Source: Promethearchaeota archaeon (lineage in GTDB: Archaea > Asgardarchaeota > Lokiarchaeia > Sigyniarchaeales > SOKP01). Taken from it: DNA of 64,000 nucleotides. The stretch covers positions 32,001 to 96,000 of the forward strand of contig JAUVNS010000008.1 in assembly GCA_030599585.1 (NCBI GenBank), written 5' to 3'. This document shows positions 1-9,407 of the stretch, in pieces. Numbering within the stretch: position 1 is the stretch's first letter; the number at the start of each line of letters is the position of its first letter. The notes under the pieces are model-generated. The model ran no database searches and was not told the DNA's origin. It saw only the letters and a program-made list of their open reading frames with translations. A program made the position numbers and the translations under genes.

Positions 1-1
1 T

Positions 2-493
2 GAAATTAATTATAACGACAAGCGCTCTAAGAGAATCTTGGAATAAATTTATACCTTGCATTTTAAGTAATAAGCTTTTATGCTTCTTTCCTTGCCTTAT
101 TAAAACTCTAGAAAATACCATATTAATGATAAAAGATATCGTTAGTATCACGAATCCCAAATCAGGATTGATAATCCCATATGAGCTGGTTAAAATGGTT
201 TGAATTGCAATAAAAATAAGAACGCCATAAATGTTGATTAATATAACACCCTGAACCAATCCTCCTACGGAATCAATTTTAGTATGGCCGTACATATGTT
301 GGAAATCTGGGGGTTTTTGACTCACATAAAGAGAATAGATAGTAAGAAGAACAAAAAAAAGATCCGTCAAAGTATCAACAGTTTCGGTTAAAAAGCTTAA
401 ACTACCAGTTAATATTACCCCTAATAACTTTATGCTTGATTGAATAAGAATTATAAAAAATGCTATAATTCCATATTTAATTTTAATATCCAT
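2..493 (-). CDS. Cation diffusion facilitator (CDF) family transporter, runs off the window start
   Basis: Manual translation from ATG at 493: MDIKIKYGIIAFF...TGSLSFLTETVDTLTD...KPPDFQHMYGHTKID..., matching the CDF signature (SLxxxxDxxxD; PDxxHxYGHxK). Not in the ORF track. Confidence 0.85.
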   Translation of the reverse strand, partial: MDIKIKYGIIAFFIILIQSSIKLLGVILTGSLSFLTETVDTLTDLFFVLLTIYSLYVSQKPPDFQHMYGHTKIDSVGGLVQGVILINIYGVLIFIAIQTILTSSYGIINPDLGFVILTISFIINMVFSRVLIRQGKKHKSLLLKMQGINLFQDSLRALVVIINF

Positions 494-582
494 AATCTTC
501 GGAGATTTACTTTATTCATGAATAAAAAATTTTAAGCAATACTGAGAATTAAATATTTGGCAATAAAAATAAAAAAAAGTTA

Positions 583-1815
583 TTATAGATCTCTAGGAAT
601 GTTAATTTCGAGATCTGTAATGGGATAAGAAGCACAAGGATGAAAATAGTTGAATTTTTTATCTGCACCTTTTCTCCAATCAGAAACCGGATTTATATAT
701 ACTTTACCATCCATAAGAAGCGATCGACAGAATCCACATTCACCAGAACGGCATTTTGAGGGTGGATTTAAGTTTGCCCTTTCTAAAGCTATTAAAACAG
801 ACTCGGTTGCTATTGCAGGTATTTCCTTTGTTAAATCACCAATATGAACTTTTATCTTAAATATTTTTTCAGCAACTTCTTTGGGGAAATCTGGATGAGT
901 TAGGATATCCTTCACTTCACCGAAGGCTTCTCTGCGAATTCTTTTAACAGGCAAGTTAAACTTTTCAAACTCTTCTTCAATGAAATTATACATGACTTGT
1001 GGTCCACAGATAAAAAATGTGCTGGAATTCACATCACAGTATTTTTCAATTATCTCTTTGGTAATGAAGCCCTTTTCACATCCTTCTAATGTAACAACAT
1101 CGCAACTTAAAACATGAACAATTTTAATTTTCGCGGGATTATTCTTTTCCATTTCTTTGAATTCTTCGTAGAAAATGATGTCGTCTTCCTCGGAACTACC
1201 GTATAACAATGTTAATTTTGCATCAATTGTCCCATTGATTATCGCTTTAGCCATCGATCGAAAGGGTGTGATACCGGAACCTCCTGCAATTCCAACTATT
1301 TGGTTCAAATCTCTTAGCTTTTCGTAATAGAAGAACCCTTCGGGTCCAGAACTCTCAATTTTTGTACCTACCTTCCAGTTATCCCAGATGAAATCAGTTA
1401 AAAATCCATGTTCTTCTTTTCGAATAGTTAAATCGTAAAATCCTTTTAATGCGTCCTTAGGTGAAGAGGCTATCGAATAAGGGCGTGTTATCCGCACTCC
1501 CTCTAAATCAACCTTTAAACTAATGTATTGGCCCGGTCGAAAATATGCTAATTCCTTGGTTACAGATTCGGGGTTTGGAGTTAGTTTAAATGTCCTTGTA
1601 GACTTAGTTTCTTCTTTAATCTCGTCAATTATTAAGAATTGCCTATCAGGGTGCAATTTCCACGATAGATCCATAATTGGATCTTCTCTAATTGGTTCAC
1701 TTGAAGCTCTTTCGATTCTCTTTTTCCGATTTGGAACTAATTTAGTAAATGCGAATAAATCCTTTGTGTTGGATCTGACTACTACATTTAGCTTCTCTTC
1801 CTTTTCTTTGCTCAT
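583..1815 (-). CDS. FAD/NAD(P)H ferredoxin-reductase-type oxidoreductase with C-terminal [2Fe-2S] domain (PaaE/Hcr-like)
   Basis: RPYSIAS (FAD), GIAGGSGITPF (NAD), FICGP, and C-terminal CRSGECGFC...C. Confidence 0.9.
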   Translation of the reverse strand: MSKEKEEKLNVVVRSNTKDLFAFTKLVPNRKKRIERASSEPIREDPIMDLSWKLHPDRQFLIIDEIKEETKSTRTFKLTPNPESVTKELAYFRPGQYISLKVDLEGVRITRPYSIASSPKDALKGFYDLTIRKEEHGFLTDFIWDNWKVGTKIESSGPEGFFYYEKLRDLNQIVGIAGGSGITPFRSMAKAIINGTIDAKLTLLYGSSEEDDIIFYEEFKEMEKNNPAKIKIVHVLSCDVVTLEGCEKGFITKEIIEKYCDVNSSTFFICGPQVMYNFIEEEFEKFNLPVKRIRREAFGEVKDILTHPDFPKEVAEKIFKIKVHIGDLTKEIPAIATESVLIALERANLNPPSKCRSGECGFCRSLLMDGKVYINPVSDWRKGADKKFNYFHPCASYPITDLEINIPRDL

Positions 1816-3380
1816 GCTTTCCCACCCTCTTGTAATAGTTTTCCTAATATTATCTGCGCCGAAATCAAACCATCAGATAGACAACTACTATATCCATGCG
1901 CTCGTCTGTTAAACCCTCCTGCAAATTCAAGCCCTTCAATGTATACATCTTTTCCCATCATACTTAATCTCGGTACTATAGAATCCCAAGATTCAGGCTC
2001 GTAGCCATAAAATATCCCGTTATATAACTTCGCATATCTAGCAAAAGTAGCAGGAGTCGCAATCTCTATTTCTTCGATATGATCTCTAAGAGATGTTCCA
2101 GTACCTTTTTCAAACTTTATCAATAATTCTTCAGCAATTTTGTTCTTAAGATCCACATATTCTTCAGGCTTAACATCTTTCCAAGCTTCAGGTCGGTATA
2201 AGGTCGTGATATCCAACATACATGTTCCAGGGGGGGAACAACCAGGAACAGCATTATTAAGAACGACACAAGCCAAACCTTTTGGGGCTTGAAGTTTTGT
2301 CCATGAGTCATAGGCTTCGTCAGTATCCATAGTATCCATAATAAAATACCCATATTCGTGCAATCCTAATTCCTCGGCTGTAGCGTCTAATCCCACATAC
2401 ACAACAAATCCCGTCAGTCCGTGGATTCGAGCATTAATATCTTTGTACGCGATTTCCGGTACTTCAGACTGGGGGTAAATTAGTTTGTTATATGTGAGGA
2501 TTGGAGAAGCGTTACTTATAACGTAATTTGTTTTTATTTTATCCCCGTTAGTAGTTTCGACGCCAACCACTTTTCCCCCTTCCACCAAAATTTTATCTAC
2601 CCTAGTATTGTATTCAATCCTTCCTCCATACTCTCGTATTTTGGCATCAAAAGCGGTTGTATATCCATGAGATCGATTTGTGGGAATCCATCCTCCCTTT
2701 TCAGCATAAACTAACACCATAGATGCATAAAGTGTAAAGTTCATGCGTGACATAGGTAATCCGAGATAAGCCCAGAGTCCATTTAGGATTTTCTGTGCTT
2801 TTTCCGGAATCCCTAATGCGTTTTCTACCTCAGTAACTGAATAAGCGGCTGTTTTAAGAAAATTTGAATACTCCTTGAATAATACTCCCTGATCCGGCTT
2901 TCCTTTCGTTTTTCCTATATAGGAAAAAGCGTCTCTAATCTCTTTAGCTACTTTAAAGAACTTTTCGACTGATTCTTTACTGCCTGGTACTTCTTTTTCA
3001 ATAGTATCAATAAAGTTATCTACTCCAAAAGGCATGGAAACATCCATTTCTTCTCCCGGTTTAGTAACAATTAGCCTAAATGCTTCTGGAACCTGGACAA
3101 ACTCGGCATCTAATTTAAGTTTGTCTTCGAACATTGTTCTAATGCTTCCCCTATTCGATTCAGGACCATAACTAGCAAGCTCATGAAGTGATGTTTCAAA
3201 TTCGAACCGTCCCCTAACAAAACTTGTAGCCACGCCCCCAGGTAAATTATGCTGTTCTAAACATAGAACCTTCACGTCTCTCTGTGCTAAAAATGCAGTT
3301 GCCGACAATCCACCATTACCAGCTCCAATAACTACAACATCATATGAGTCCTCAATTCTTTGTTCTTCACTTTTACTCAT
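1812..3380 (-). CDS. Phytoene desaturase/COG1233-family FAD oxidoreductase
   Basis: VVIGAGNGGL Rossmann motif, EQHNLPGG, RGRFEFETSLH, EIATPATF; 4-nt ATGA overlap with the downstream reductase. Confidence 0.85.
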   Translation of the reverse strand: MSKSEEQRIEDSYDVVVIGAGNGGLSATAFLAQRDVKVLCLEQHNLPGGVATSFVRGRFEFETSLHELASYGPESNRGSIRTMFEDKLKLDAEFVQVPEAFRLIVTKPGEEMDVSMPFGVDNFIDTIEKEVPGSKESVEKFFKVAKEIRDAFSYIGKTKGKPDQGVLFKEYSNFLKTAAYSVTEVENALGIPEKAQKILNGLWAYLGLPMSRMNFTLYASMVLVYAEKGGWIPTNRSHGYTTAFDAKIREYGGRIEYNTRVDKILVEGGKVVGVETTNGDKIKTNYVISNASPILTYNKLIYPQSEVPEIAYKDINARIHGLTGFVVYVGLDATAEELGLHEYGYFIMDTMDTDEAYDSWTKLQAPKGLACVVLNNAVPGCSPPGTCMLDITTLYRPEAWKDVKPEEYVDLKNKIAEELLIKFEKGTGTSLRDHIEEIEIATPATFARYAKLYNGIFYGYEPESWDSIVPRLSMMGKDVYIEGLEFAGGFNRRAHGYSSCLSDGLISAQIILGKLLQEGGKA

Positions 3381-3459
3381 AATCTCTTTCTCTTTTTTTT
3401 ATTTTTTAATTATTAGTATTTCATAGTTCTTGATTTATTTTAAAGAGTATAATAACTTA

Positions 3460-4842
3460 TTATAATTCATTTGGAATTACCTTGAACACATAGACTGGAG
3501 ATTCTATCAAATTTTCAGGAATGTTGATAATCAAATCTTCTTGATCCTGTTCCCATTTTAGTTGATTATCGTAACCAAGCAACATAATTTTTGAATTCTG
3601 AGCGATTTTTAATGCCATTATCTTTAATGTTTTTCCTATTGGGTTATTTAAGAGATGGATGTACAGTAATTCATTTTTATGCGTAAATCTAATTTCGAGA
3701 TTATCCAAAGTGTTGCCCTCAGCTCTTTCCCAAGGGCGAGTGCCATAAATTCCTTCTCCGTTAATCTCTAACCATTGACCTATCCCTAGTAATACTTTTT
3801 TCTGAATTTCGGGTATTGATCCATCTGGTAAAGGTCCAACATTCAATAACAAATTACCATTTTTACTTACAATATCTACAAGCATCTTGATAATCTCATC
3901 GGATGTTAAGTAATCCCCTTCTTTTTCCATTTTATTATATCCATACGAATTTCCAATACCCCGATTTGATTCCCATTTCTTCTTTTTTATGGTGTTATAG
4001 GACTCATATTCAGGAGTAGTAAAATCATAAAAAGGTGTTCTTCTTAACTTGATGAGCTTACCGTCTTCATGATAAAATTTTTCCCAACGATCATTAATTA
4101 CTCCTTCTGGGAATTTATTATAATAATAAGCAAAAAGTTCAAAGAGGCCGAGAAGTGGAGGTGCTCCGATGTCACTCCATAATATCGTAGGGTTATATTC
4201 ATCAATTAATTCATACCAATGATTTTTTACATATTCTGTATATTCTGGAGTTGTAACTCCATTTACCATAAAGCTTAAACGATCTTTAATTGGTTCACGA
4301 TTGAAAGACCAATCAAGAGAGCTTGAATAATAAAAACCCATCTGTAGACCCAATTTTTTTACTTCTTCTGTTAATTCTCCAACGATATTTCTACTGGCAT
4401 AATAACCTTTTTTTTGTGGATGTTTATGTTTACTTGGCCATAGAAGAAAGCCATCATGATGTTTAGTGACTAAAACAACATACCGAGCTCCAGCTTTTTT
4501 AAAAAGAGCGGCCCAATTATCGGGTTTCCAATTCTTTATCTCCTTGTTAAAATCTTTAATAAAATCGTCATAAGAAACATTTTCACCATAAGTCTCATCG
4601 TGATATTTTTGAGTAGGGCTTCCATCAATTCTTAATGTATTAAGATACCATTCTGCATAGGGGTTATTTTTATTGTGATATTCCTCCCCTTCTTTTGATG
4701 ACTCTATGAAATTTAAACCTGTAACTGCGAATGCTGGTACAGAATACAATCCCCAATGAATGAAAATCCCGAATTTTGCGTTGTGAAACCAGTCAGGCAC
4801 TTTGTGTTTCCTAATTGATGTTTTAGTAGGTTCAAAATTCAT
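3460..4842 (-). CDS. Alpha-L-fucosidase (GH29)
   Basis: PDWFHNAKFGIFIHWGLYSVP, TKHHDGF, LWSD nucleophile region, DIVSKNGNLLLNVGP. Likely start is the ATG at 4842 rather than 4965. Confidence 0.92.
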   Translation of the reverse strand: MNFEPTKTSIRKHKVPDWFHNAKFGIFIHWGLYSVPAFAVTGLNFIESSKEGEEYHNKNNPYAEWYLNTLRIDGSPTQKYHDETYGENVSYDDFIKDFNKEIKNWKPDNWAALFKKAGARYVVLVTKHHDGFLLWPSKHKHPQKKGYYASRNIVGELTEEVKKLGLQMGFYYSSSLDWSFNREPIKDRLSFMVNGVTTPEYTEYVKNHWYELIDEYNPTILWSDIGAPPLLGLFELFAYYYNKFPEGVINDRWEKFYHEDGKLIKLRRTPFYDFTTPEYESYNTIKKKKWESNRGIGNSYGYNKMEKEGDYLTSDEIIKMLVDIVSKNGNLLLNVGPLPDGSIPEIQKKVLLGIGQWLEINGEGIYGTRPWERAEGNTLDNLEIRFTHKNELLYIHLLNNPIGKTLKIMALKIAQNSKIMLLGYDNQLKWEQDQEDLIINIPENLIESPVYVFKVIPNEL

Positions 4843-4975
4843 TGTTAAATTCTCTAGGTGCTTATTTATTCTAATAATTATAAAAAAAAATTGGTCTATT
4901 AAAAAATTATATTTTTTAAGATTCTTTTCAATATTAATAATTAAAATCTTTTTAGAATGGAACAATTAAAAGAAA

Positions 4976-6127
4976 ATGGGAATAAAAACAACTCTTAAGC
5001 TTGTCGATATGAATATGGCAAAAGTATTTGCACCTTGGATACTGCGCCATCCTAAGTACTTTTTAGTATTCAAGAAATTAGTAAAATCTTTTAAGAAATC
5101 GTTAGTATTGAGAAACAAAGCTAAAGAAGAAGGCTATTTAGTTCCACCCTTTATGATTCTAAGCATTACTAAGCAATGTAATCTCCATTGTGTTGGATGT
5201 TACGCGGCTGAGGTTGGCACGTTAGATATCGAATCGAGTTCGCAGTTAAAAATCGATGAGTGGAGAAGTATTATCAAAGAAGCAAATGATTTGGGAGTAT
5301 TTGCTTATATTATCGGGGGAGGAGAACCTTTCCTATTTCCAGGATTATTAGAGCTAAGTAAAGAATTTAGTGAAAGACTATTTATTATATTCACAAATGG
5401 GACTGCTATCAAGGAAGACGATTTCAAAGTTTTAAAAAAGCTGAAGAACACTGCAGTAATAGTGAGTTTAGAAGGAGATCGCGAAGCAACGGACTTTAGG
5501 AGAGGTAAAGGTGTGTATGAGAAAGCACTTACTACTTTAAAGCGTTTAAACAAAATTGGAGTATTAAATGGGATATCCGTTACCATAAATGGTTTAAACT
5601 ACGAACACTGGATGAATCCGCAACTCATCGATTCATTGATTAAAAAAGGGATCCGCATTGGGTTCTTTTTAGAATACATTCCCTCAAAAAAGGATATAAC
5701 CTCTTCTCTTATGCTGACTGAACAAGAAAGAAAAGCATTTCGAGCAAAAATCTTGGAATATCGATCAAATAAACGAATTTATTTAATCCATTCTCCTGGA
5801 GATGAAGAACTTCTAGGTGGTTGTGTGTCCGCTGGTCGAGGTTTTGCTCATATTACGCCATCAGGAGATTTAACGCCATGTCCCGTTTCTAATATTGCCT
5901 CTCATAATCTCAAAACCTCCACACTAGAAGAAGGCTTAAAGAGCCGATTGTTTAAAGTAATTAGGGAAAATGAGCATTTATTAGAAACCGAAGGTGTACC
6001 CTGTGCTCTTTTCGCTCACAAGGAAGAAGTAGAAGAACTAGCCTTATCCGTTGGAGGTTATGTCATAAACAATAAAGAAAAGTTAATTGAAATAAAACAA
6101 GTTAAAAAATCTCAAAAAGTCTCTTAA
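4976..6127 (+). CDS. Radical SAM/SPASM(twitch)-domain protein
   Basis: CNLHCVGC, GGGEP, FTNGT, C-terminal GCVSAGRG...PCP. Confidence 0.85.
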   Translation: MGIKTTLKLVDMNMAKVFAPWILRHPKYFLVFKKLVKSFKKSLVLRNKAKEEGYLVPPFMILSITKQCNLHCVGCYAAEVGTLDIESSSQLKIDEWRSIIKEANDLGVFAYIIGGGEPFLFPGLLELSKEFSERLFIIFTNGTAIKEDDFKVLKKLKNTAVIVSLEGDREATDFRRGKGVYEKALTTLKRLNKIGVLNGISVTINGLNYEHWMNPQLIDSLIKKGIRIGFFLEYIPSKKDITSSLMLTEQERKAFRAKILEYRSNKRIYLIHSPGDEELLGGCVSAGRGFAHITPSGDLTPCPVSNIASHNLKTSTLEEGLKSRLFKVIRENEHLLETEGVPCALFAHKEEVEELALSVGGYVINNKEKLIEIKQVKKSQKVS

Positions 6128-6208
6128 CATCTTTATATTACGCTTTTTCTAAGCATTTTAATAGGTTCCTACTTGTCAAAAAAAAAAAAGATAAGTTTAT
6201 TTTTTAAT

Positions 6209-6535
6209 TTATTCTGGTGGCTTGAGCCCTAGCACATCCAATGCTTCTACAATTGAGGACATGATTTCGATCTGATATTTATAACCTTCAATACCTTTCG
6301 CTATAAAAATTACGGTATTATTGAGTTGGGCAAGATATTCATTAAGTTTCCCTTCTTTAATTTCAGATGCACTAACACTTTTGTATCCCTCTTTAGTTGC
6401 AGAAATAGCATTATTTAGGAGTTGTTTAGAAAGTGATTTATCTTCTGGAAACTTTTTTGAAGCTTCAAGGAACAGTTTTCCCGCCTCAGAGGCTTTAGCA
6501 TGAGGGATCCATACTGTAGTCATAACTATTACCAT
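6209..6535 (-). CDS. Small hypothetical protein (108 aa)
   Basis: Clean ORF with an upstream AGGTGA RBS-like motif. Confidence 0.7.
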   Translation of the reverse strand: MVIVMTTVWIPHAKASEAGKLFLEASKKFPEDKSLSKQLLNNAISATKEGYKSVSASEIKEGKLNEYLAQLNNTVIFIAKGIEGYKYQIEIMSSIVEALDVLGLKPPE

Positions 6536-6691
6536 CTATATCACCTTGATTAATTTTTATTTAATTGGAATCGCATCATTTTTTGACAAAAATGACAATT
6601 TTTATATGTGTTTTATCTATATAAAAATATTGTTGCGATTTCAGAAAAATTAAAGAAAATTATCAGTTATATACGGCTCTCTTTAATAGGT

Positions 6692-7801
6692 TCATTCAAT
6701 ACAACCAGAATTTACTATTGAATTATAATTTTCTTTAGTTTTCTTTGAATTATGCCCTGAACAAACCATTTGACAAAAACCACAACTCGCTCTAAAATCT
6801 TCTGCGGCTTTATCATTACGACCTAAAAAAGAATTTTCAACCAGTCTATATACATTTTCAGCTTCATCGCCACCCTTCTCAACAGCTTTAGCAAACATAT
6901 TTTGAACGTAACTTGCAACAGTATCATCAAGAGGAAGTCGCTCTATATCGTCGAAGCGAAAGGGTGACCATGTTGACCATTCTTTAAACTTATTTTGTCC
7001 GGACATACCGCTACAAACAGCAATACAATAGGCATAATTATTTCGTTTAGCTATAGTTTCTTCAATTCCTGCAATATTAATGATTTCTTCATCATCTTTT
7101 GCAAAAAGCCCTCCTTGACACGATTTTTCGCAGAGTTTACAATTGGAACATGGATTTTCTTCCAAAGGGGTATCTGTTTTTAATTTAACAGTCGTAATAA
7201 TCGAATTTAATAATACCCTTGCTCCATAATTTTCAGTGATTAAATTTCCACTCCATCCAATCCTTCCCACTCCCGCAGCTACAGCGACACATCTATGCGA
7301 TAGCGATGGCACAAGATTCATAGGCGTTTTTCTTAAGCCACCCAACATCAATTTTTTTAATGAAGAAAGTGTTTTCTTTTCTCTTTCTGTTAGTTCCACG
7401 CTCTCATCTCTCTCTTTGTTTATTAGATCAATCAATGTTCTTAGAGTAGAAACTATAATTTTACCTTTAGTACCAATATTTCTATAATCGTAATTACAAT
7501 CGCAATTATACGCTTCAAAACCTTTTTCCTCGAGAAATAGTTTAATTTTTTCAGCTATTTTTTTCAGCTTCTTAGTAATAAGACCTTCTTCAAGCATTAG
7601 GGGCTTATGTTCTTCTTTAGAAAGATATTTTTTTACTGCCTCATCACTAAATTTCATAGCAATACTTATTACAGATTGAGCTCCGGGTAATAAAAAGTTC
7701 GGGTCAGAAAAATCTTTATCTTTAATACTATCGGCAGAGCAAATACCTACCAAATCCGCACCAGCTTCTAAAGCTAGCTTTTTAATTTCATCTTCAATCA
7801 T
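6692..7801 (-). CDS. QueG/reductive-dehalogenase-like cobalamin and Fe-S protein
   Basis: GADLVGI, SHRCVAVAAGVGRIGWSGNLIT..YGARVLLNSIIT, CSNCKLCEKSC and CGFCQMVC. Confidence 0.82.
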   Translation of the reverse strand: MIEDEIKKLALEAGADLVGICSADSIKDKDFSDPNFLLPGAQSVISIAMKFSDEAVKKYLSKEEHKPLMLEEGLITKKLKKIAEKIKLFLEEKGFEAYNCDCNYDYRNIGTKGKIIVSTLRTLIDLINKERDESVELTEREKKTLSSLKKLMLGGLRKTPMNLVPSLSHRCVAVAAGVGRIGWSGNLITENYGARVLLNSIITTVKLKTDTPLEENPCSNCKLCEKSCQGGLFAKDDEEIINIAGIEETIAKRNNYAYCIAVCSGMSGQNKFKEWSTWSPFRFDDIERLPLDDTVASYVQNMFAKAVEKGGDEAENVYRLVENSFLGRNDKAAEDFRASCGFCQMVCSGHNSKKTKENYNSIVNSGCIE

Positions 7802-7868
7802 TATAACTCACATAATGTAATTAAACAAACGATATAAAATAATAATAATATTACCCCATTTTAATAAA

Positions 7869-9374
7869 TTAGCTACTTGCTTGCCTTCTTGGAATTTTTG
7901 ATTGAGCTTTTAAATTTTCATGTAAAAGCTTAGTTACTAGTCTTTCCTTTAAATCTCTATCCTTATCCCACAAATTATTTAATTCATCGGGGTCATTTAT
8001 ACGATCATAAATATCGCCAGCATCTTCTAAACCTGCGTATACTGTAATTTTATGAGTTTCTGTAATTAAATGCCTTAGGCGTATCGTTAATGATCCAAAT
8101 TCTTCATCTTCCTCTACTAAGCAGCTATCTCTTACTTTTTCCTCGGGATTTTTCAGTACCGGTGTAAGATCAACTCCTTGAATAAATGGAGAATGAAGTC
8201 GGCCACGAATGTTTGTTAAATGTAAGATTGTTTTTGCAAAATCAATCGAGCTAGCTAAAGAATTTGAGATACTTCCAGGTCTAGTTATTCCTGGAACTCT
8301 CATAATCAAAGGAACATTTAAAACCCCAGTAAAGGGCGAAGGTCCTTTATAAATCATTCCGTGATCTCCCATTAAATCCCCATGATCACTAGTATAAATT
8401 ACTATTGTGTTTTCTGCATATCCTAATTTTTCTAAACTTGCGAGAATTTTTCCAATAGCATTATCAATTAATGAAATTGAACCATAGGTTAAGCGGATAA
8501 ATTCCTTTACTTCATTTTCATCAGATTCTCGAATCATAGCTCCACGAAAAAGTGGATTTTTTATTAATGGGCCTAAAAACTTATGGTTATATATATTTTT
8601 AATATCAGAAAAGGTAGAAGGGAGATTAATCTCATCAGATTTGTACATATCCTTATATTTACCTGGAGGACAGACGGGATGATGAGGATCTGGGATGGAA
8701 CAACAGAGAAAGAATGGTTTTTCTCCAAATTCTCCTTTTGAATGTTTTTCTAAAAATTTTATGGTTCTCTCTTGACAATATGTAGTTGGATAATGCTCAA
8801 CAGCCATATCGCTATCATAATAGACTTGGTCAAAGAATTTCAATGTTAGTCTTTTACGCATCCACCCTGTTGCTCCTGGACGTAATTCTTCTAACCAATC
8901 TAAATAATGTCCACCACATAAGTCACCATGACCTAAAGTAATTTCACATTCTTCAAATCCATAATATGGTTTAGGAAAGTTTTCTTTTGCGCCCTTTGAT
9001 GTTTTTTTACTCATCCAGTCTGCTATCATTTCGACAGATTTTGTTTTTCGCTTAAAAGGGGGGATATAAAATTGTAGATGCATTTTACCAACATTATGAG
9101 TAATATATCCACTCTTTCGCATAGCTTCAACAAAGGTTTCAACGGTATCTGGTAAATTTATGCCATTGCTTCGGCAACCATGAACGTTAGGATAAACTCC
9201 CGTAAAAATAGACGATCTATTTGGCATACACATTGGATTAGCGCAAAAAGCATTTGTAAATCTAATCCCTTCTTTAGCCAGTCTATCAAGGTTAGGGGTT
9301 TTCACAACAGGATTCCCTGAACAGCTCATATGATCAGCTCGATGCTGATCTGTCATAATAAATAAGACATTCAT
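7869..9374 (-). CDS. Sulfatase (formylglycine-dependent, Cys type)
   Basis: NVLFIMTDQHR, CMPNRSS (CxPxR), GKMH, PHHP, YTSDHGD. Confidence 0.92.
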   Translation of the reverse strand: MNVLFIMTDQHRADHMSCSGNPVVKTPNLDRLAKEGIRFTNAFCANPMCMPNRSSIFTGVYPNVHGCRSNGINLPDTVETFVEAMRKSGYITHNVGKMHLQFYIPPFKRKTKSVEMIADWMSKKTSKGAKENFPKPYYGFEECEITLGHGDLCGGHYLDWLEELRPGATGWMRKRLTLKFFDQVYYDSDMAVEHYPTTYCQERTIKFLEKHSKGEFGEKPFFLCCSIPDPHHPVCPPGKYKDMYKSDEINLPSTFSDIKNIYNHKFLGPLIKNPLFRGAMIRESDENEVKEFIRLTYGSISLIDNAIGKILASLEKLGYAENTIVIYTSDHGDLMGDHGMIYKGPSPFTGVLNVPLIMRVPGITRPGSISNSLASSIDFAKTILHLTNIRGRLHSPFIQGVDLTPVLKNPEEKVRDSCLVEEDEEFGSLTIRLRHLITETHKITVYAGLEDAGDIYDRINDPDELNNLWDKDRDLKERLVTKLLHENLKAQSKIPRRQASS

Positions 9375-9407
9375 GTTTTTAGTTATTTTTATCCACTCTC
9401 TTGTTTT

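Noticed and set aside
4843-4965. 41-aa N-terminal extension of the fucosidase in the ORF track
   Set aside because: It runs through the AT-rich divergent promoter region; family similarity starts at the Met at 4842.
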